From Pseudomonas aeruginosa (GTDB lineage: Bacteria > Pseudomonadota > Gammaproteobacteria > Pseudomonadales > Pseudomonadaceae): DNA of 32,000 bases. Positions 26,202 through 32,000 of the stretch are shown one piece after another. Position numbers and translations under genes: made by a program. A model generated the notes under the pieces. It searched no databases, had not been told where the DNA came from, and saw only the letters and a list, made by a program, of their open reading frames with translations. The stretch covers positions 1,890,001 through 1,922,000 of the forward strand of contig NZ_LN831024.1 of NCBI RefSeq assembly GCF_001457615.1, given 5' to 3'. Position 1 is the stretch's first letter. Every line of letters starts with the position of its first letter.

Positions 26202-27566
26202 ATGTACAAGAACAAGAAAACCAGACCGGCCGCCAGGACCGTTGGCTGCCTGTTTGCCCTTGGAGCGCTGGGCTTGGGGAGCGCGGCGCACGCCGCCGAG
26301 GCGTTCTCCCCGAACTCGAAATGGATGCTCGGCGACTGGGGCGGCAAGCGCACCGAGCTGCTGGAGAAGGGCTACGACTTCAAGCTGGAGTACGTCGGCG
26401 AGGCGGCGGCCAACCTCGACGGCGGCTATGACGACGACAAGACAGGACGCTACACCGACCAGTTCGCCCTGGGCGTGCACATGGACCTGGAGAAGATCCT
26501 CGGCTGGAAGGCTACCGAGTTCCAGTTCACCGTCACCGAGCGCAACGGCAAGAACCTTTCCAACGACCGCATCGGCGACCCGCGTGCCGGGCACATCAGC
26601 TCGGTGCAGGAGGTCTGGGGCCGCGGGCAGACCTGGCGGCTGACCCAGCTATGGCTCAAGCAGCAGTACTTCGACGGCGCGCTGGACGTGAAATTCGGCC
26701 GTTTCGGCGAGGGCGAGGACTTCAACAGCTTCCCCTGCGATTTCCAGAACCTGGCCTTCTGCGGCTCGCAGGTGGGCAACTGGGCGGGGAGCATCTGGTA
26801 CAACTGGCCGGTCAGCCAGTGGGCGTTGCGGGTGAAGTACAACTTCGCGCCGGACTGGTACGTGCAGGTCGGCGCCTACGAGCAGAACCCGTCGAACCTG
26901 GAGACCGGCAACGGCTTCAAGATGAGCGGCAGCGGGACCAAGGGCGCGCTGCTGCCGGTGGAGCTGATCTGGCAGCCGAAGGTCGGCGCCGAGCAACTGC
27001 CGGGCGAGTACCGGCTGGGTTACTACTACAGCACGGCGAAGGCCGATGACGTCTACGACGACGTCGACGGCCAGCCGCAGGGGCTGACCGGCAACGACTT
27101 CAAGTCGCGCGGCAGCAAGCATGGCTGGTGGGTGGTGGCGCAGCAGCAGGTCACTTCGCACAACGGCGATGCCTCGCGCGGGTTGAGCCTGTTCGCCAAC
27201 CTGACGGTCCACGACAAGGCGACCAACGTGGTGGACAACTACCAGCAGCTCGGGGTGGTCTACAAGGGGCCGTTCGACGCGCGGCCGAAGGACGACATCG
27301 GCCTGGGCATCGCGCGCATCCATGTCAACGACGATGTGAAGAAGCGCCAGCGCCTGGTGAACCAGGTGAACGGCATCGACGACTACGACAACCCGCTGTA
27401 CCAGCCGCTGCAGGACACCGAGTACAACGCCGAGCTGTACTACGGGGTGCATGTGACCGACTGGCTGACGGTGCGGCCGAACCTGCAATACATCAAGCAG
27501 CCGGGCGGGGTCGACGAGGTCGACAACGCGCTGGTGGCGGGGATCAAGATCCAGACGGTGTTCTGA
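26202..27566 (+). CDS. oprB: Carbohydrate-selective outer-membrane porin OprB (454 aa).
   Basis: Signal peptide (..LFALGALGLGSAAHA), OprB-family sequence, and a terminal aromatic residue (IKIQTVF) typical of OM beta-barrels. Confidence 0.95.
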   Translation: MYKNKKTRPAARTVGCLFALGALGLGSAAHAAEAFSPNSKWMLGDWGGKRTELLEKGYDFKLEYVGEAAANLDGGYDDDKTGRYTDQFALGVHMDLEKILGWKATEFQFTVTERNGKNLSNDRIGDPRAGHISSVQEVWGRGQTWRLTQLWLKQQYFDGALDVKFGRFGEGEDFNSFPCDFQNLAFCGSQVGNWAGSIWYNWPVSQWALRVKYNFAPDWYVQVGAYEQNPSNLETGNGFKMSGSGTKGALLPVELIWQPKVGAEQLPGEYRLGYYYSTAKADDVYDDVDGQPQGLTGNDFKSRGSKHGWWVVAQQQVTSHNGDASRGLSLFANLTVHDKATNVVDNYQQLGVVYKGPFDARPKDDIGLGIARIHVNDDVKKRQRLVNQVNGIDDYDNPLYQPLQDTEYNAELYYGVHVTDWLTVRPNLQYIKQPGGVDEVDNALVAGIKIQTVF

Positions 27567-27600
27567 TCGTCGCGTTGCCTGCTCCGGTGTTGTGCCTGGA

Positions 27601-27633
27601 CCCGCCCGAGCGTTTCGGGCGGGCCGTTTTTTT
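27601..27633 (+). terminator. Rho-independent terminator of the gltBFGK-oprB transcript.
   Basis: CCCGCCCGA-GCGTT-TCGGGCGGG (9-bp perfect stem), then CCG and T7 (27627-27633), 35 nt after the oprB stop. Confidence 0.8.
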
Positions 27634-27714
27634 CCGGCGACCGCTCTTCCCGGCTGCCTGTTACAAACCGACTACGCTTTTCCTGTGCCGATCATTTGGG
27701 GCTTGCGTGCGAAA

Positions 27715-27729
27715 TGTAGTAAAACTACA
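27715..27729. promoter_or_regulatory. Perfect 15-bp palindrome, HexR-type operator candidate, upstream of the mutarotase-like gene.
   Basis: TGTAGT-AAA-ACTACA lies 52-66 nt upstream of ATG 27781. It has the same TGT-N9-ACA geometry and the same ACTACA half-site as the hexR/zwf palindrome. It is flanked by a second inverted repeat, GCGTGC (27705-27710) / GCACGC (27735-27740). Confidence 0.45.
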
Positions 27730-27780
27730 CGGATGCACGCCCGGGCTTTCCGGGAAGGGGAGAGGGTAGGACAATCGGAC

Positions 27781-28632
27781 ATGCTTGAGCATCCGCTGCA
27801 GCGTTTCTTTCATTCCATGCGGGCCAAGCGACCGTTCGACTGGGTACGCTTCCAACGTCGCGATCTGCTGTTGATCGACCATCCGCTGTGCCAGGCCGTA
27901 TTCAGTCGGCAAGGGGCGCAGCTCCTGCATTTCCAGCCGCAGGGCGAACGCCCGTTGCTGTGGTGCGCCAGCGAATGGCCGGCCCTCAGCAGCGCGCCGG
28001 TGCGCGGCGGCATCCCGGTCTGCTGGCCGTGGTTCGGCAGCCATCCGAACGGCAGCGAATGGCCGCAGCAGGGCTGGGCGCGGCAACGCGAATGGCGCCT
28101 GCTGGATGCCTACGCCGACGAAAGCAAGGTGGTGGTGAGCTGGCAACTGGACCTGGAGGACTGGCACGTGCGCCTCGATGCGCGCCTTGGCCAGCGCCTG
28201 GAGCTGGAGCTGTGCAGCTACCATGAGGAAGACGACGATTGCCTGTTCAGCTTCGCCCTGCAGCCCTACTGGCGGGTCGGCGCGCTGAGCCGGGTGGTGG
28301 TGCACGGCATGGAGCTGGAGTCGGCTCGCGGCCAGCGCGGCGCTTCGCGGATTCCGGGAACCTGGATACCGCGCGGCGCGGTCAAGCAGGTGCTCTACCA
28401 TCCCGGATCGCTGGTGCTGGAGGACGGCGGCTGGAACCGCCGCTTGCGGATCGACAAGAACGTCAGCGCCGGCAGCGTGATCTGGCACCCCGGCAGCCGC
28501 CCGGTGGAGCAGGTCGAGCCGGGCGAAGCGGAACGCTTCCTCTGTATCGGCGCCGCTGGCTACCGCCCGGGCGGGCTGATCCTGGCGCCCGGCGAACGCA
28601 TGCGCCTGAATCTCGCCGCCGGCCTGCAATAG
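27781..28632 (+). CDS. Aldose 1-epimerase-fold protein, YeaD (hexose-6-phosphate mutarotase)-like but with substituted conserved residues (283 aa from ATG 27781).
   Basis: LLLIDHPLCQAVFSRQGAQLLHFQP...PLLW......VRGGIPVCWPWFG parallels the YeaD-family N-terminal region. The start is chosen from AGGA 9 nt upstream; the track ORF extends back to 27592 across the terminator. Confidence 0.7.
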   Translation: MLEHPLQRFFHSMRAKRPFDWVRFQRRDLLLIDHPLCQAVFSRQGAQLLHFQPQGERPLLWCASEWPALSSAPVRGGIPVCWPWFGSHPNGSEWPQQGWARQREWRLLDAYADESKVVVSWQLDLEDWHVRLDARLGQRLELELCSYHEEDDDCLFSFALQPYWRVGALSRVVVHGMELESARGQRGASRIPGTWIPRGAVKQVLYHPGSLVLEDGGWNRRLRIDKNVSAGSVIWHPGSRPVEQVEPGEAERFLCIGAAGYRPGGLILAPGERMRLNLAAGLQ

Positions 28633-28640
28633 GCGGGCGG

Positions 28641-29498
28641 TCAGTTGTCCTCGTCGAGGGGATAGCGGGTTGGCACCAGGCTTTCCTTGATCCGCCGCAG
28701 GTGCGGCTGGAAGTCCACGCCGCGGCGCAGGGTCACTCCGGTGGCCAGTACGTCGAGCACGGTGAGCTGGACGATCCGCGAAGTCATCGGCATGTAGATG
28801 TCGGTGTCTTCCGGCAACGGGATGTCCAGGCACAGGGTGCTGGCCCTGGCCAGCGGCGAGCCGGCGGCGGTCAGGCCGAGCACCGAGGCGCCGTTCTCCC
28901 GCGCCAGGTGCGCCACCTCCACCAGCTCGCGGGTGCGTCCGGTATAGGAAATCACCACGAACAGGTCGCCGGTATGCGCCACCGAGGCGATCATCCGTTG
29001 CATCAGCACGTCGGCCTGGGCGCTCACCGCCAGGTTGAAGCGGAAGAACTTGTGCTGCGCGTCGAGCGCTACCGAGGCCGAGGCGCCAAGACCGAAGAAG
29101 TGGATCTGCCGGGCCTGGATCAACAGGTCCACGGCGCGGTCGATGACGCGTGGGTCAAGCAACTTGTGGGCGCTGTCGAGGGAGGCGATGGTGTTGCTGA
29201 AGATCTTCCGCGTATAGGCTTCCGGCCCGTCGTCCTCGGCTACCGCCTGGGTTACGAAGGCAGCGCCGCTGGCCAGGCTCTGGGCCAGCTGGATCTTCAG
29301 TTCCGGATAGCCGCTCATGCCGAAGGAGCGACAGAAGCGGTTCACCGTCGGTTCGCTGACCGCTGCCGCCTGGGCCAGGGCGGCGATGCTGAAGCGGGTG
29401 GCCTGCTGCGGGTTCTGCAGGATGACCTCGGCGACTTTGCGCTCCGCCTTGTTCAGTTCGTCCAGGCGGCTCTTGATCTGCTCCAGCAGGTTTTTCAT
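28641..29498 (-). CDS. hexR: RpiR/HexR-family transcriptional repressor of the glucose/ED regulon (285 aa).
   Basis: N-terminal HTH_6 ([41 protein letters not shown]) plus a SIS domain ([20 protein letters not shown]...). It is divergent from zwf. GAGGAA lies 5 nt upstream of the ATG. Confidence 0.9.
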   Translation of the reverse strand: MKNLLEQIKSRLDELNKAERKVAEVILQNPQQATRFSIAALAQAAAVSEPTVNRFCRSFGMSGYPELKIQLAQSLASGAAFVTQAVAEDDGPEAYTRKIFSNTIASLDSAHKLLDPRVIDRAVDLLIQARQIHFFGLGASASVALDAQHKFFRFNLAVSAQADVLMQRMIASVAHTGDLFVVISYTGRTRELVEVAHLARENGASVLGLTAAGSPLARASTLCLDIPLPEDTDIYMPMTSRIVQLTVLDVLATGVTLRRGVDFQPHLRRIKESLVPTRYPLDEDN

Positions 29499-29601
29499 CC
29501 GGGTTCCTCGTGTTCTGTCGGCCCGGCGGGGAAGGGCCGGCGGCGGCGCCTATCCTAACGTCAGGCCGCCATGCGACCAACAGCGTGGCGGGCTGGGAAA
29601 A

Positions 29602-29625
29602 ATATGTTGTTTAATTACTACATAT
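29602..29625. promoter_or_regulatory. 24-bp imperfect palindrome in the hexR/zwf divergent region (candidate HexR operator).
   Basis: ATATGT-TGTTTAATTACT-ACATAT, with inner TGT-N9-ACA (TGTTTAATTACTACA) and a central TAATTA. It sits in an AT-rich island within GC-rich DNA. Confidence 0.5.
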
Positions 29626-29684
29626 TTGTCTTAATTGCGCAGTGGATGGCTCAATATCACTCAATATTTGGTTGGTAACAACAA

Positions 29685-31154
29685 ATGCCTGATGTCCGCG
29701 TTCTGCCTTGCACGTTAGCGCTGTTCGGTGCGCTGGGCGATCTCGCCTTGCGCAAGCTGTTCCCGGCGCTCTACCAACTCGATCGTGAGAACCTGCTGCA
29801 CCGCGATACCCGCGTCCTGGCCCTGGCCCGTGACGAAGGCGCTGCCGCCGAACACCTGGCGACGCTGGAGCAGCGCCTGCGCCTGGCAGTGCCGGCGAAG
29901 GAGTGGGACGACGCGGTCTGGCAGCGTTTCCGCGAACGCCTCGACTACCTGAGCATGGACTTCCTCGACCCGCAGGCCTATGTCGGCTTGCGCGAGGCGG
30001 TGGATGACGAACTGCCGCTGGTCGCCTACTTCGCCACGCCGGCCTCGGTGTTCGGCGGCATCTGCGAGAACCTCGCCGCCGCCGGTCTCGCCGAGCGCAC
30101 CCGGGTGGTGCTGGAGAAGCCCATCGGTCATGACCTGGAGTCGTCCCGCGAGGTCAACGAGGCAGTCGCCCGGTTCTTCCCGGAAAGCCGCATCTACCGG
30201 ATCGACCATTACCTGGGCAAGGAGACGGTGCAGAACCTGATCGCCCTGCGCTTCGCCAACAGCCTCTTCGAGACCCAGTGGAACCAGAACCACATCTCCC
30301 ACGTGGAGATCACCGTGGCCGAGAAGGTCGGCATCGAAGGCCGCTGGGGCTACTTCGACCAGGCCGGGCAACTGCGCGACATGGTGCAGAACCACCTGCT
30401 GCAACTGCTCTGCCTGATCGCCATGGATCCGCCCAGCGACCTTTCGGCGGACAGCATTCGCGACGAGAAGGTCAAGGTCCTCCGCGCCCTCGAGCCGATT
30501 CCCGCAGAACAACTGGCTTCGCGCGTGGTGCGTGGGCAGTACACCGCCGGTTTCAGCGACGGCAAGGCAGTGCCGGGCTACCTGGAGGAGGAACATGCGA
30601 ATCGCGACAGCGACGCGGAAACCTTCGTCGCCCTGCGCGTGGATATCCGCAACTGGCGCTGGTCGGGCGTGCCGTTCTACCTGCGCACCGGCAAGCGCAT
30701 GCCGCAGAAGCTGTCGCAGATCGTCATCCACTTCAAGGAGCCGCCGCACTACATCTTCGCTCCCGAGCAGCGTTCGCTGATCAGCAACCGGCTGATCATC
30801 CGCCTGCAGCCGGACGAAGGTATCTCCCTGCAAGTGATGACCAAGGACCAGGGCCTGGGCAAGGGCATGCAATTGCGTACCGGCCCGCTGCAACTGAGTT
30901 TTTCCGAGACCTACCACGCGGCGCGGATTCCCGATGCCTATGAGCGTCTGCTGCTGGAGGTCACCCAGGGCAACCAGTACCTGTTCGTGCGCAAGGACGA
31001 GGTGGAGTTCGCCTGGAAGTGGTGCGACCAGCTGATCGCTGGCTGGGAACGCCTGAGCGAAGCGCCCAAGCCGTATCCGGCGGGGAGTTGGGGGCCGGTG
31101 GCCTCGGTGGCCCTGGTGGCCCGCGATGGGAGGAGTTGGTATGGCGATTTCTGA
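29685..31154 (+). CDS. zwf: Glucose-6-phosphate 1-dehydrogenase (489 aa).
   Basis: NADP motif [13 protein letters not shown], active-site region RIDHYLGKE, and EKPIGHDL. Confidence 0.95.
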   Translation: MPDVRVLPCTLALFGALGDLALRKLFPALYQLDRENLLHRDTRVLALARDEGAAAEHLATLEQRLRLAVPAKEWDDAVWQRFRERLDYLSMDFLDPQAYVGLREAVDDELPLVAYFATPASVFGGICENLAAAGLAERTRVVLEKPIGHDLESSREVNEAVARFFPESRIYRIDHYLGKETVQNLIALRFANSLFETQWNQNHISHVEITVAEKVGIEGRWGYFDQAGQLRDMVQNHLLQLLCLIAMDPPSDLSADSIRDEKVKVLRALEPIPAEQLASRVVRGQYTAGFSDGKAVPGYLEEEHANRDSDAETFVALRVDIRNWRWSGVPFYLRTGKRMPQKLSQIVIHFKEPPHYIFAPEQRSLISNRLIIRLQPDEGISLQVMTKDQGLGKGMQLRTGPLQLSFSETYHAARIPDAYERLLLEVTQGNQYLFVRKDEVEFAWKWCDQLIAGWERLSEAPKPYPAGSWGPVASVALVARDGRSWYGDF

Positions 31155-31857
31155 GTTGAAGCTGCCGGCCGGCGTCGGCCTGCAGGTCTGGGGCAGCGCC
31201 GCCGAGCAGGCCCGCGGCCTGGCCGCCGAGGTCGCCGGCCGGTTGCGCTCGGCGCTGGCCGAGCAGGGCCAGGCGCTGCTGGTGGTGTCCGGTGGGCGCA
31301 GTCCGGTGGCCTTCCTCGAAGCCTTGAGCGAGGAGCCGCTGGACTGGTCGCGGATCACCCTCAGCCTGGCCGACGAGCGCTGGGTGCCGGAGTCCCATGC
31401 CGATAGCAACGCCGGCCTGGTTCGCCGCCACCTGCTCCGTGGCGAGGCGGCGAAGGCGCGCTTCATCGGCCTCTACCAGCCGGCGGCGAGCCTGGAGGAA
31501 GCGGCCGAGCTGGCCGACCACCACCTGCACGAGCTGCCGTTGCCGATCGACGTGCTGGTCCTCGGCATGGGCGACGACGGCCATACCGCCTCGCTGTTCC
31601 CGAACAGCCCTGGCCTGGACCTGGCGATGGATCCCCAGGGCACGCGCCGTTGCCTGCCGATGTGGGCGCCGAGCGTGCCGCACCAGCGCCTGACCCTACC
31701 GCGCGCCGTGCTGGCGGCGGCGAAGGTGCAGCTGCTGGCGATCCAGGGCCAGTCCAAGCTGGCCACCCTGAACGCCGCGCTGGCGGTCGAGGACGAACGG
31801 CGGATGCCGGTTCGCGCCTTCCTCCGCGCGCCGCTGACGATCCATTGGTACCCCTGA
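31141..31857 (+). CDS. pgl: 6-phosphogluconolactonase (238 aa).
   Basis: [16 protein letters not shown] and [14 protein letters not shown] motifs. ATG 31141 has GGAGGAG upstream and overlaps the zwf 3' end by 14 nt; an in-frame ATG at 31126 is less likely. Confidence 0.9.
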   Translation: MAISELKLPAGVGLQVWGSAAEQARGLAAEVAGRLRSALAEQGQALLVVSGGRSPVAFLEALSEEPLDWSRITLSLADERWVPESHADSNAGLVRRHLLRGEAAKARFIGLYQPAASLEEAAELADHHLHELPLPIDVLVLGMGDDGHTASLFPNSPGLDLAMDPQGTRRCLPMWAPSVPHQRLTLPRAVLAAAKVQLLAIQGQSKLATLNAALAVEDERRMPVRAFLRAPLTIHWYP

Positions 31858-31874
31858 GTGGCGGAGCTGTAGCC

Positions 31875-32000
31875 ATGCACAACCTTGAACAGAAGACCGC
31901 CCGCATCGACACGCTGTGCCGGGAGGCGCGCATCCTCCCGGTGATCACCATCGACCGCGAGGCGGACATCCTGCCGATGGCCGATGCCCTCGCCGCCGGC
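31875..32000 (+). CDS. eda: KDPG/KHG aldolase, first 42 codons only (cut by the right edge).
   Basis: MHNLEQKTARIDTLCREARILPVITIDREADILPMADALAAG matches the Eda N-terminus (..PV..i.....a.pla.AL.aGG), and its position after zwf-pgl fits. Confidence 0.8.
   Translation, partial: MHNLEQKTARIDTLCREARILPVITIDREADILPMADALAAG

Noticed and set aside
29715-31683. 583-aa and 240-aa - strand ORFs over zwf and pgl.
   Set aside because: They are antisense to textbook zwf/pgl genes and have a non-protein-like composition.

Overview
High-GC (about two-thirds G+C by eye) core chromosome of Pseudomonas aeruginosa type. From memory, the gene content and order match PAO1 PA3214 down to PA3181; I could not run a search to confirm this.

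Left to right:
- An Mla/MCE-like ABC operon (- strand): STAS-MlaE permease, ATPase, long MCE protein, and a lipoprotein cut by the left edge.
- trkH (-).
- A ykgJ-like Cys-cluster gene and a nitroreductase (+).
- A Cpx-like envelope-stress cluster (-): anchored coiled-coil ORF, OmpR-type regulator, CpxP/Spy-like gene, sensor kinase, and a degenerate kinase-domain ORF.
- yciI-yciB (-), facing trpH(yciV)-yciO-scpA-scpB (+).
- Two small unknown genes, then gapA (-).
- The glucose/Entner-Doudoroff block: edd-glk-gltR-gtrS, gltBFGK-oprB, a mutarotase-like gene, hexR (-), and zwf-pgl-eda (eda cut by the right edge).

Many adjacent genes overlap at start and stop (ATGA/GTGA at 144-147, 1875-1878, 11429-11432 and 19859-19862; longer overlaps at 24120-24127 and 31141-31154).

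I found no rRNA, tRNA, CRISPR array, IS element, integrase or defence island, and no convincing wholly new multi-gene system. The items most worth a second look:
- A G7 tract separates the signal peptide from the body of the CpxP-like gene.
- The two unassigned ORFs that bracket the Cpx-like system, one of which looks like an ATP-lid-less kinase-domain relic.
- A YeaD-like mutarotase homologue that seems to have lost its conserved His/His/Glu residues and sits behind a HexR-type palindrome.
- The STAS-fused Mla/MCE system.
- A frameshifted DUF559 relic between gtrS and gltB.

The many long alternate-frame and antisense ORFs in the track are high-GC artefacts.
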